Shown: positions 39,601 through 48,155 of the stretch, piece after piece | Numbering within the stretch: the first letter of the stretch is position 1 | Layout of the letters: each line of letters opens with the position of its first letter | Source: Longimicrobiales bacterium | Lineage (GTDB): Bacteria > Gemmatimonadota > Gemmatimonadetes > Longimicrobiales > Gaopeijiaceae | Direction of reading: 5' to 3' | Assembly: GCA_965202985.1 (NCBI GenBank) | Contig: CBDBCF010000001.1 | Span: 1,664,001 to 1,728,000 of the forward strand | Length of the DNA stretch: 64,000 bases | Made by a program: the position numbers and the translations under genes | Notes under the pieces: generated by a model | The model's input: the letters and a program-made list of their open reading frames with translations, nothing else | What the model was told of the DNA's origin: nothing | The model's database searches: none

Positions 39601-40620
39601 GACGCGCCCCCACCGACGAGCGCGCCCGTCCCGCCCTCCCGCTGGACCGCGTCGGCGTTGCTCCTGGGGCACATGGCCGTCAGCGACCCCGCCGAAGGCA
39701 CGCACGTCTTCTCGGAGGTGCTGTACCGGGCCGGCCCTCTTGCGCCCGGCGCCCCCTCGCCTACCGCCGAGCCGACCCCCGACGCCCGTCCAAGCGACAA
39801 CTCGGCCAGCGCTGCAGGCGGCCCCCTCCTGGCCGGCTTCGGCGCGGCCCCTGGCGGATCGATCGACGCCTCCACCTCCCGCATCCCCGTCGCATGGAGT
39901 CGCGGCCCTCCCGGAACCTTCTCGCCATGGCGCCTGGACCTCCTGCGCGACGGCTTCGCGCTCGCGGCTGCCGACGATGCGGCGGACATCGCCCTCTCGC
40001 TCGTCGTCCGGCCCACGCGCCCCGTCGTGTTCCAAGGTCCCAACGGTTACAGCCGCAAGTCCGCCGAACCGGGCCGCGCCAGCATGTACTACAGCCGCCC
40101 GCGCCTGACCACGACCGGGACCGTCCGCTTGGGCGCCGCCCGCTATGCCGTCGCCGGCGTCAGTTGGATGGACCACGAGTTCAGCTCCGAACCCCTGGCG
40201 CCCGAGCAGGTCGGCTGGGACTGGCTGAGCCTGCGCCTGACCGACGGCGTCGACGTGACCGCGTTCCAGCTCCGCCGCTCCGACGGCCGCGCCGACTACC
40301 AAGCCGCGACCCTGGCCGCGTCCTCCGACCCGCCTCGTCACTTGGCGCGCAACGAATGGTCGATGACTCCCGGCGCGACGTGGACCAGCCCCGCCACCGG
40401 CGCGACCTACCCGGTCGAGTGGACCCTGGCGCTGCCGGGACGGATCGGGCGCATCGTCGTTCGCGCCGCCTTCCCGTCCCAAGAAAACGTGTCGCTCCGC
40501 GTGGCGAACCTTCACTACTGGGAAGGATTGGTCCGCGCGTTCGACCCCGACGGTCGACAGATAGGCGAAGGCTACTTGGAGATGACGGGCTACGGCGAGG
40601 GGAGCCGCCCGGCGCTGTGA
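36688..40620 (+). CDS. FtsX/MacB-like ABC permease (AttF/G-like) fused to a CrtC/AttH lipocalin-like domain
   Basis: Two RSLGATR/RALGATR FtsX motifs; then LAAC, FPEDHGPH..YKTEWWYFTG, SMYYS, WMDHEFS, GWDW, YWEG, GYLEMTGY. Confidence 0.85.
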   Translation: MIGYLRFVLRRRFAREPAMSLLTLAGVALGTGSVVTVQVLTEGAVAAFDATVDLLAGDADALVLGHGGKLDESLYPVVLGTEGVDWASPLLEGSVVARRADGERRADGQDLPRPVPLYGVDLLSSVDGPLHPSPANGVQPPDRAQPSSSDLLRAAASADLARALGVGAGDTVEVAQGPAWTPVALDRVLDATSRASAEGPLLVMDIADAQDLLGRADWISRVNVRFRPDVPADTVRRRLASRLDGRALVSSPGGQRAEARRLLSAFRVNLSALAFTSVFVGLFLVYGTTRASLSRRRRETGLLRSLGATRSQVLGATLAEAGVLGVAGAALGVPLGYAAALANLDSVSGTVTDLYLLSAIRSLEVPPHVWLLALAGGLLGTIAGAAGPAAEVCLAPAADLLSDQRARVRWRSVSKTLWRASWAVLAVLLTWFAVGGHRWRHAGFVLAAGIMVWTALAAPAFVTGLCRLAGRSRGFGWRFALGGLPVRLHTSGVAVAGVAVAFAMLVGTTVMVGSFRDTFRAWLDATMLADVYVSAAAWTGATDQGGVHGDLLDQLRRLPGVAAVGRLRGFHGYADNLPVALRGIDARPTGPTGARHRDRLLLKEGDPETVAAELADGAVAVSEPLARRAGVRRGDSIAVRTASGAVRAAVAGVYYQYGTDRGSISMDLATMEAWFGPGAPHGLAVYLDRVRRTDAGDDDTDAGGAQAGVVQAVRQAATPYPVVVRTHGALRTDALRIFDQTFAVTLLLQAMALAVAAAGVALSLLVMAREEAWDTATCRALGATRGQVFRFHLGKGAGLAGIGGLLGLAGGAGLAAVLIYVTNRAYFGWTVQFGVPAFSLAQQCAFLLLAAVAASWWPALRASGGGGALARRSVVAAVVAALSLAACSPPPESDSDPPNGRGPSALPDAVAEGWLAADPDYSWSFPEDHGPHFGYKTEWWYFTGVLSTRARELGYQFTIFKIGLRPPRPERDAPPPTSAPVPPSRWTASALLLGHMAVSDPAEGTHVFSEVLYRAGPLAPGAPSPTAEPTPDARPSDNSASAAGGPLLAGFGAAPGGSIDASTSRIPVAWSRGPPGTFSPWRLDLLRDGFALAAADDAADIALSLVVRPTRPVVFQGPNGYSRKSAEPGRASMYYSRPRLTTTGTVRLGAARYAVAGVSWMDHEFSSEPLAPEQVGWDWLSLRLTDGVDVTAFQLRRSDGRADYQAATLAASSDPPRHLARNEWSMTPGATWTSPATGATYPVEWTLALPGRIGRIVVRAAFPSQENVSLRVANLHYWEGLVRAFDPDGRQIGEGYLEMTGYGEGSRPAL

Positions 40621-40626
40621 GCGGCG
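40578..40626 (+). repeat. Direct repeat A, copy 1 (3' end of the permease-AttH gene)
   Basis: 49 bp matching 42283-42331 with 2 mismatches. Confidence 0.9.
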
Positions 40627-40700
40627 GGGGCTTGACGAGATGCCTGGCGACGCTGTCGCCGATCTACTTCAAGCCGAGCTTGTCGGGCTCCAGAAGTCTC

Positions 40701-40762
40701 GCCGAATCTTCCCCTGACTCTTTGCCGATCCTTCCCCTGCAAGTTCGCCGATCCTTCCCCTG
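40701..40762 (+). repeat. Three 16-bp direct repeats with a 23-bp period upstream of the AAA gene
   Basis: GCCGAATCTTCCCCTG at 40701; GCCGATCCTTCCCCTG at 40724 and 40747. Confidence 0.9.
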
Positions 40763-40814
40763 AATCTGCTGGAGGCCCTTGCGCAGCGGAAGGCGGAGCG
40801 CGTAGTTCCGTAGC

Positions 40815-42068
40815 ATGAAGTACATCCCCCGAATCGTCGACGCCGAGCTGGCCGACCGGCTCGCCGCCACCGGCGCGGTCGTCGTCGAGGGTCCCAAGGC
40901 CTGCGGGAAGACCGCGACGGCCGAATCGGTCGCGGCCAGCGCGGTGTTCCTGGACGTGGACGATACTGCCCGGGCCATGGTCGACCTGGACCCGGCGGCC
41001 GTGCTTGCAGGCGATACGCCGCGCCTGATCGACGAGTGGCAGACTGAGCCGGCGATCTGGAACCACATCCGAAGGGCCGTGGACAGGCGAGGCGCCCCCG
41101 GCCAGTTCATCCTCACCGGTTCGGCGGTGCCCACGGACGACATTACCCGCCACACCGGCGCCGGACGACTGACGCGGTTGCGGATGCGTCCGATGTCGCT
41201 CTTCGAGACCGGTCGCTCCACGGGCGAGATATCGCTGGCCGGCCTGTTGGCGGGGAACCCTCAGCGGTCCGCGCGTTCGCACATCGCGGTGCAAGAGCTG
41301 GCGGAGTTGGTGTGCGCCGGAGGCTGGCCCGGGCACCAGGGCCGCAACTTGGCGCAGGCCGTTCGGGCGAACCGCGACTACCTGTCGGAGGTGCAGCGCG
41401 TCGAGGTCCAGCGGCTGGAAGACAAGCGACGGGACCCCGTCAAGGTTGGAAGGTTGCTGCGGTCGCTGGCCCGAAACATCGCCACGCCGGCCACGGTGGC
41501 CACGCTGGCCAGGGATGTGCGCGGGACAGGGCCGTCCTTCAAGGCCAGCACCGCCGCCGAGTACATGGAGGCCTTGGAGCGGTTGATGATCGTCGAGGAT
41601 CAACCGGCGTGGTCGCCGCATCTGCGTTCCCGGACCACGCTGAGAACCACGCCCGTTCGACACTTCGCGGACCCTTCGCTGGCAGCCGCGGCGCTGCGGG
41701 CCACGCCGAACCGGCTACGGGGCGATCTGGAAGTGCTCGGCCTCCTGTTCGAGTCCATGGTGATCCGCGACCTGCGGGTCTACGCCCAGGCCGCCGACGC
41801 CCAAGTGTTCCACTACCGCGAGAAGGACGGCCTGGAGGTGGACGTCATCGTCGAAGACGCCGAAGGAAGGTGGGCGGCGTTCGAGGTGAAGATGGGCGCG
41901 CGGCGGGTCAAGGACGGGATGGCCAACCTGGAACGGGTCGCGGCCCGCATGAGGACCAGCAGCGGCTACGGCGAACCCGGCGCTCTCGCCGTCGTCGTCC
42001 CCAGCGGCTTAGGCGCGGTTCCGCAGGGGCGCGCAGGAGTGGTCCCGTTGGGGGCGCTGGGACCGTGA
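40815..42068 (+). CDS. AAA_14 ATPase with DUF4143 domain
   Basis: EGPKACGKT, LIDEWQ, FILTGS, RPMSL, FADPSL, LFE, EVD...EVK. Confidence 0.9.
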   Translation: MKYIPRIVDAELADRLAATGAVVVEGPKACGKTATAESVAASAVFLDVDDTARAMVDLDPAAVLAGDTPRLIDEWQTEPAIWNHIRRAVDRRGAPGQFILTGSAVPTDDITRHTGAGRLTRLRMRPMSLFETGRSTGEISLAGLLAGNPQRSARSHIAVQELAELVCAGGWPGHQGRNLAQAVRANRDYLSEVQRVEVQRLEDKRRDPVKVGRLLRSLARNIATPATVATLARDVRGTGPSFKASTAAEYMEALERLMIVEDQPAWSPHLRSRTTLRTTPVRHFADPSLAAAALRATPNRLRGDLEVLGLLFESMVIRDLRVYAQAADAQVFHYREKDGLEVDVIVEDAEGRWAAFEVKMGARRVKDGMANLERVAARMRTSSGYGEPGALAVVVPSGLGAVPQGRAGVVPLGALGP

Positions 42069-42148
42069 CGACGTTGACCGAGGCGGGCGTACCGGGCAAG
42101 GTGGCCGACGGGGCGTAGGCCTACCGTACCGAGTCGTCCGACTTCAAC

Positions 42149-42282
42149 CGTCAGCCCGAAGAACCACCGTCGCCGACCACTCCCGACAGGACCGTGCCGA
42201 TGTAGGAGTCGCGGTCCTATTTCTGGAAGACGACGTTTCGCTTCTTCAACCAGGACTTGTCGCGGTTCCAGCGTTTCTTGAC
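42149..42282 (-). repeat. Direct repeat B: decayed copy of the 3' end of type III res
   Basis: About 134 bp matching 43277-43410; a GAG>TAG nonsense change in the copy. Confidence 0.9.
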
Positions 42283-42331
42283 GGAGATGACGGACTACGG
42301 CGAGGGGAGCTGCCCGGCGCTGTGAGCGGCG
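42283..42331 (+). repeat. Direct repeat A, copy 2
   Basis: GGAGATGACGGACTACGGCGAGGGGAGCTGCCCGGCGCTGTGAGCGGCG; abuts repeat B. Confidence 0.9.
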
Positions 42332-42483
42332 CGGGTTCGACGATTGCCCGCCGAAGAGCTTGATGTCGCTCGGGAGGGGTCGCATCTTGTGACTAATGCC
42401 AGCAAGTCCTTCATGACCCGCGACTTCACCGGCAAGCGCAACCACTTTCCACTAGGGCCCACAAAACAGGAGAACAAAACAAC

Positions 42484-43134
42484 ATGGAAACCGCAATCAA
42501 GACCATCATCGAGTGGGGCCTGGAGCACTGGGTCATGCCCGTCTTCACAGCAATTGCAAGTGGACTGGCTTTTGCCTTCAAGAAGACAAGAGGCTTCATC
42601 TTCACAAGCGTGAAGTGGTTCGGCCCGACTCGTCGCCGCGAAAGGTTCGCCAAGCGCGTGAAGGCCGCGCTGCTCCTTGACGACGATTCTCGGGTTCCTC
42701 CGTCATCATCGGAGCCTTTGCCACCGCCGTCCCGAGAAGTGGTGATCCTCGCCAACCTTATCCATAGCATGTTGCAGTGTGTCGACATGCCGAACACAGC
42801 AAAGATGAAAGCGACGATGGCCGTGGACTACCTCGTAGAGCGGCACCATGACAACCGCCGGTCAACAACCCACAGCGTCTGGGCACCGTGGGTTGTTGAC
42901 CATGAGCTTTTCGGCCCTCTTGACAACATGGACATGTTCGTGAGCGACAACGCCTTTACGTTCCTCTTGGTTGAATCACCCGATCGACCCTGGGTTACCA
43001 TCGAAATCGCAAGGAGGCCGGACTGGCAACAGCGTGATGTTGTGGTGTGGAAAGGGATGAAGCGTCCACGAGATCCCTTCAAGGGCACGTTGGACCAAGC
43101 GTTCAAGTACTTCCAAGAAGTGCAAGCCCCATGA
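42484..43134 (+). CDS. Hypothetical protein with an N-terminal hydrophobic segment
   Basis: CAGGAG RBS; 216-aa ORF of visibly lower GC. Confidence 0.65.
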   Translation: METAIKTIIEWGLEHWVMPVFTAIASGLAFAFKKTRGFIFTSVKWFGPTRRRERFAKRVKAALLLDDDSRVPPSSSEPLPPPSREVVILANLIHSMLQCVDMPNTAKMKATMAVDYLVERHHDNRRSTTHSVWAPWVVDHELFGPLDNMDMFVSDNAFTFLLVESPDRPWVTIEIARRPDWQQRDVVVWKGMKRPRDPFKGTLDQAFKYFQEVQAP

Positions 43135-43278
43135 ACGCCAAGAACCGGACCAGGCTAGGCACCGGTCGCCGAGTTGTTTCGCGAGGACCAGTGGATGGGT
43201 TCTTGGCGGCCAACGGACTCCAACGGCCGTGATGGGGCCTTCCGAGTACGATCACTGTGCCGGGTCAACAGAAACTCG

Positions 43279-46200
43279 TCAGCCCGAAGAACCACCGTCG
43301 CCAACCACTCCCGACAGGATCGTGCCGATGTAGGAGTCGCGTTCCTCTTTCTGGAAGACGACGTTTCGCTTCTTCAACCAGGACTTTTCACGGCCCCAGC
43401 GCTTCTTGACCTCCCGAGAGGACGACACGGACACGATGTAGGAGTTCAGCACCATGTTCGGGTCGCCGAGGCGTTCCTCGATCTCCTTGATCGTCTTGTG
43501 GAATTCGACCTTCTCGTTGTCCACGCCCAGCTGAACAAGCCCCTTCGGGTCGACGAAGGTGACGTACTGCCGACCGCTGGCCAGCAGCCAGAGAATGAAG
43601 TCCGGGTGGAAGTTTCCCGCCTCGAAGAAGCCGATTCCCCGGCCCCGGCTCAAGTTGCGCAGCAGGTAGAGTTCCCTGTCCTTGAAGAAGTTCGAGTTGC
43701 CTTCGCAGTACGCCTTCAAGTCTTCTACGAAGCGGCGCTCGCCCCGATTGAGCGGCGCCGGCTCCACCTCCACCACTCCTGCGCCGTCCACTGCGAGCAA
43801 CGGCGTGTAGAGGTGACGGTCGAAGGACAGCCCGTGGAGACCGAGGCCGGGGAAGGCCCAATCCTTGAGGTCGCCCCTCTCTATCGCTGCTTCCACCTTC
43901 CTCAACGTCGCGACGATATCCTCCTTCGACTTGTCGACGGCGATCCGATAGCCGTACTCGCCGCTCTTCTCACGGACCATGGGAAAGTTGGCGTCGCTGG
44001 CGGTTACTTCAGCGTACTCCAAATGGCGTCGCTCCCAGTCGTTCTTGCGGAAGGTGTAGTAGCGCTCGACGTACTTCTTGAGCAGGGCGAGCGCAATCTG
44101 GTCCCAAAGCCGAACCTTGTCGAAGGAGTCGGCGACCATCTGGGATTCGGGGATCAGCAGGCGATACCATTTGCCGTCTTCAAGCAACTCGTGGATGGCC
44201 GTGCGGGACACGGACAGGTTGTGCCAGCCACGCTCGCTTTTGAAGCGTTCCAGTTCGAAGTAGAGGCGGTCCAGGTCGAGGAAGGCGGTGTGCACTTCCT
44301 CCAGTTTGGCCTCGTGCTTCTCGGCGACGGCCTCCACGTCGGACAGCTCCTCCGACTTCATCGCCTTGATCTTCGGATACCAGTCGAGGACGACCCGTTC
44401 GTGCAGGTAGCTCCTAGCCGGATCGTCCGACGCCATGCCGCCCAGGCTTCGCAGGACCGGCATCGGGCCCAGCTTGCGGAAGGCGTCGCCCGACTCGACC
44501 CTGACGCCGTTGATGACCTTCTTGAGCCGGATCGTCTTGAGCGGCTGCCTTCCGAGGTTCTTGACCACCGGGAACCAGAAGTCCTCCTGCTCGTTGTCGA
44601 CCGACAGTCCTTCCTCGGCGAGAAAGTCCCGAAACTGCGCCATGTAGTCGGCGCGGACTCCGAAGACGTGAAGCGTCTCCAGCGTCTCGACGAAGTCGGG
44701 CCGTTTCAGCCCCTCCGGCAGCTGCGCCCGTGCGCTCCGCTTGAGGCTCATGTCGCATCCCTTGAGCCGCACGCCGCGACCGAAGAGCTGGATGATCTGC
44801 GCCCCTTCCGACTTGCCGATGTGCATCAGCCCCATCGTGCTGACTCGCCAGCTGTTCCATCCTTCGGTGAACTTGCGGGAGCCGATGAGCAGGTTCACGG
44901 TTGAGCCGGGGTTGGCCAAGTCGTGAAAGAGAGAGTCCCCGAACTCCCGCTCGGCGACGGCGAACCCGCTCTGATCGCAGAGCTTCACGAGCTTGGCGTC
45001 GTCGCCCACGTTTACCACGCCGAAGGGGTCGTTGTCGCCCACGCGCAACGCCACTTCACCGGCGGCTCCCTTGAGGTTCTCCACATGCAGCAGCCCGCCG
45101 TTCGGGGCGTTGAAAAGCACCTCCAGCGTCTCGTCGAACACCTGCTCGGCCGACAAGCCAGCATCGTGGAGGTGAGCGAAGCGCCCGGTGAAGATCTCCT
45201 GCTGTTCCGAGTTGCCCAGTCCCTCGTCCAGAATCTCCCGGATGCGGCGGATGCTTTCCGAGCGGTCGGCCACGTAGTCGGCAAGGAAGCGCAGAATCGC
45301 CACCACGTCCGACGCCTCCCGCTTGGACAGGCTCTTGGTGACGCTGCCGCCCACGAACACCCACAGCGGCCGCTCCAAGTTGAAGCGCCGTAGCGTGGAC
45401 TCCTGGTCGCGGTAGAGTCGCTGCTGCTGAAAGAACACGAGCAGGCAGGCGGTAAGGTAGCCCGCCTGCCACTCGGCGTCGCGGTCGTCCTCCAAGTTTA
45501 GAATCCGGTAGTCCTTGCCGAATCCGTCGCCGTAGAACCACTGGTAGGAGTAGTCGAACAACGTGCTGCGGGCGTACAGGTTGGCCAGTTTCGCGCGATT
45601 CGTCCCCCTGACCGCTTGCCCGAACGTGGCCGAGTACTCGAAGGAGAACCCCTTCTCGCAGAGGCGCTCCCGGAAGCGCATCCAAGCGCCGCCCTTGCTG
45701 CTCGCGGCGGTCGCGGCGCCGCGATGCCCCTCGTCGACCAGCACCAAGTTGTTCCCCTCGAAGGCGTCGACGGCGACGGTCTTGTCTCCCATGTCGTCTT
45801 TCAGCTTGGTGACTTCCAGAATATCGACGGTCTGCCCGGTGAAGAGCCCCAAGGAGGCGTTCTTGTCGAAGATGCGGGCCGGGATGCCCGCCGTCTCGAA
45901 CTCGCGCAGGTGCTGGCGCGACAGCCCCTCGTTCGGCGTCAGCAAGATGACGCGGTTGAGGTCGCGTGCGCGGCCGTGGATGTCGAGCAGCTCCAAGTAC
46001 CGAAGAAGGTGAGCGTGCATGAGGAGCGTCTTGCCGCTGCCGGTGGCCATCCAGAACGCCACCTTGTTCAGCTGCTGCCGGGCGTCGGCGGCTTCGTCCA
46101 GCGGCTCCACGCGGTCTCGCTTTCGGACGCCTTCGTTGAACTGGGCGATGTGCCCGTTCACCGCCTCCAGCGTTTGCCGAGGCCGGTTGAAGTACCAGTC

Positions 46201-46554
46201 CAGGTATATCTCCGTGAAGAGCAGCGCGAGGTACTGGAAGTACTTCCACGAGATGGGGCGCAGGCCCCGCGTGATGCGACGTTCGTTGAGGTGCCGGGTC
46301 ACCGACGTGATCGCCTGGTCGTGCGCCAGGAGCACGTCGTCCGGCAGGTTCGGTCGGCGCCCCGCCGGCAGGTGCAGACACAGCGCACGGTGGAAGCGGT
46401 GGACGTTGTCTTCGTCCAACCCTTCAAGGGACTCGTCCCGCAGGTGGCTAGCGAGGTCGTCGAAGCGGTCGACGCCCAAGAGGCCCAGAAGCCACTGGTT
46501 CAGTACCAGTCGCTTGGGGAAGAGGGCGTGCTGGCGACGGCCCACGCCAGCCAT
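43279..46554 (-). CDS. res: Type III restriction-modification system Res subunit (SF2 helicase/nuclease)
   Basis: MATGSGKT, DEGH, YSAT, EGWN, QLFGRGVR, C-terminal PDF...DPK nuclease motif. Confidence 0.9.
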   Translation of the reverse strand: MAGVGRRQHALFPKRLVLNQWLLGLLGVDRFDDLASHLRDESLEGLDEDNVHRFHRALCLHLPAGRRPNLPDDVLLAHDQAITSVTRHLNERRITRGLRPISWKYFQYLALLFTEIYLDWYFNRPRQTLEAVNGHIAQFNEGVRKRDRVEPLDEAADARQQLNKVAFWMATGSGKTLLMHAHLLRYLELLDIHGRARDLNRVILLTPNEGLSRQHLREFETAGIPARIFDKNASLGLFTGQTVDILEVTKLKDDMGDKTVAVDAFEGNNLVLVDEGHRGAATAASSKGGAWMRFRERLCEKGFSFEYSATFGQAVRGTNRAKLANLYARSTLFDYSYQWFYGDGFGKDYRILNLEDDRDAEWQAGYLTACLLVFFQQQRLYRDQESTLRRFNLERPLWVFVGGSVTKSLSKREASDVVAILRFLADYVADRSESIRRIREILDEGLGNSEQQEIFTGRFAHLHDAGLSAEQVFDETLEVLFNAPNGGLLHVENLKGAAGEVALRVGDNDPFGVVNVGDDAKLVKLCDQSGFAVAEREFGDSLFHDLANPGSTVNLLIGSRKFTEGWNSWRVSTMGLMHIGKSEGAQIIQLFGRGVRLKGCDMSLKRSARAQLPEGLKRPDFVETLETLHVFGVRADYMAQFRDFLAEEGLSVDNEQEDFWFPVVKNLGRQPLKTIRLKKVINGVRVESGDAFRKLGPMPVLRSLGGMASDDPARSYLHERVVLDWYPKIKAMKSEELSDVEAVAEKHEAKLEEVHTAFLDLDRLYFELERFKSERGWHNLSVSRTAIHELLEDGKWYRLLIPESQMVADSFDKVRLWDQIALALLKKYVERYYTFRKNDWERRHLEYAEVTASDANFPMVREKSGEYGYRIAVDKSKEDIVATLRKVEAAIERGDLKDWAFPGLGLHGLSFDRHLYTPLLAVDGAGVVEVEPAPLNRGERRFVEDLKAYCEGNSNFFKDRELYLLRNLSRGRGIGFFEAGNFHPDFILWLLASGRQYVTFVDPKGLVQLGVDNEKVEFHKTIKEIEERLGDPNMVLNSYIVSVSSSREVKKRWGREKSWLKKRNVVFQKEERDSYIGTILSGVVGDGGSSG

Positions 46555-46599
46555 CAGCTGATGTCCGCTAGGCGGCCGACCGAACTCGCAGGGACCAGT

Positions 46600-47040
46600 T
46601 GACGGTCATCAATGACCGCCAAAGTAGTCTTGGCGGCCATGAAACGCCGCAAATGGCCGACAAGTTGATTTCGCGGCCATGCGTGACCGCCAAGACGGCT
46701 ACGCGGCCACGAAGCGTCGAAAGTGGCCGGCAAGCCAGCTTCGCGGCCATGCGTGACCGCCAAGAGCTGGAAGTGGCCATGAAACGCCGTAAGTGACTGC
46801 CGAACGAACTTCGCGGCCATCGGTGGCCACCAAGACGGCCGTGCGGTCACGAAACGCCAGAAATGACCGCAGAGCCGATTTCGCGGCCATCCATGACCGC
46901 CAAGACGGCCCAAGCGGTCACGAAGCGTCGAAAGTGGCCGGCAAGCCAGCTTCGCGGCCATGCGTGACCGCAAAGAGCCGGAAGCGGCCACGAAACGCCG
47001 CAAGCGACCGCCGAACGAACTTCGCGGCCATGCGCGACCG
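46600..47040. repeat. Intergenic tandem array of about 6.3 units of 70 bp, each with two inverted-repeat pairs
   Basis: TTCGCGGCCAT anchors at 46670, 46740, 46810, 46880, 46951, 47021; about 210-bp higher-order periodicity. Confidence 0.92.
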
Positions 47041-48153
47041 TCAGAAGACATCCTTTCCCTCGGCAGCGTTCAGGAGGTCCGGGAACATCAGAATGGTTCC
47101 CCGGCGACCATTGGAGGGATGGAGGACGCGCAGCACGCCGTGGTCAGCCAGCTTCGCCAGGAGCCGTCGGGCCGTGCGAGCCGGGATTTCCGCGTCGGCT
47201 GAGAACCGGGCGCTGTTAAATATCGGATGTTCGAAGATCCAGTCTAGTGTTCGAATGGCGTACTGGGAGCGAGTAACGTCCGCCACCCGCCCTTTCATCT
47301 TGTCGTAGAGGTCAAGGATGTCTCTGGCCTTCGCAAGGTTCTCCTCGGCCTGGGCGTGCACCGCTTTCAAGAAGAACCGACACCACCCCGTCCATTCGTC
47401 GTCGCGCGAAACGGCGAGCAGCCCTTCGTAGTACTCGGCACGACGAGCTTCAAAGTAGGCGCTGATGTAGAACATCGGCCGGCTGATCAGCCCCTGTTCC
47501 GACAAGAACAACGGCACCAACATGCGACCAAGGCGGCCATTGCCGTCCAGGAATGGGTGAAGAGACTCGAATTCGGCGTGGAGCACGGCGAGCTGCACCA
47601 GCTTATCGGGCACTTCGGTGTGGATGTAGCGCTCCCAAGCATCCATGGCCGCCGGCAGCAGCTCAGCGCCAATGGGCACAAAGGTGGCATCCTCTACCGT
47701 ACATCCGGGCCGACCGATCCAGTTAGGAATACGCCGATACTCGCCTGGCGCCTTGCCCTCGCCCCGCACGCTCGAGAGCAGCACTCGATGCGCTTCGCGT
47801 ATGACTCGCTGGCAAAGCGGAAGCTGCTGTAGCATCTGCTCGGCCCGCCTCATGGCGTTGCGATAGTTGATCACCTCGCGGATGTCGTCTCTTCGCCTTG
47901 GAGACGCCGCCTCCTTACCGGCCTCGAATTCGAAGACCTCGCCCATGCTTGCCTCGGTACCCTCGATCTTGGACGACAGAACCGCTTCTTGCATGGTCAA
48001 CGGCGTAAGCAGGACGCGCGGACTGGGAATAGCGGCCAGCATCCCGTCGTACCTGGCCACCGCGGCCACGGCCGGACCAATCAGCGGGAGCACAGCGGAC
48101 CAGTCAATTCGATTCTCGGGCGGAAACTTTCCTTCGTGATAGTGCGTCGCCAT
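47041..48153 (-). CDS. Fic family protein with N-terminal DUF4172-like region and C-terminal HTH
   Basis: EAVLSSKIEGT, HPFLDGNGRLGR. Confidence 0.92.
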   Translation of the reverse strand: MATHYHEGKFPPENRIDWSAVLPLIGPAVAAVARYDGMLAAIPSPRVLLTPLTMQEAVLSSKIEGTEASMGEVFEFEAGKEAASPRRRDDIREVINYRNAMRRAEQMLQQLPLCQRVIREAHRVLLSSVRGEGKAPGEYRRIPNWIGRPGCTVEDATFVPIGAELLPAAMDAWERYIHTEVPDKLVQLAVLHAEFESLHPFLDGNGRLGRMLVPLFLSEQGLISRPMFYISAYFEARRAEYYEGLLAVSRDDEWTGWCRFFLKAVHAQAEENLAKARDILDLYDKMKGRVADVTRSQYAIRTLDWIFEHPIFNSARFSADAEIPARTARRLLAKLADHGVLRVLHPSNGRRGTILMFPDLLNAAEGKDVF

Positions 48154-48155
48154 GA

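Noticed and set aside
46600..47040. CRISPR array, or the small ORFs overlapping the repeat
   Set aside because: No unique spacers (units recur with a 210-bp period) and no cas genes in the window; the 70-bp period shifts frame, so the ORFs are probably spurious
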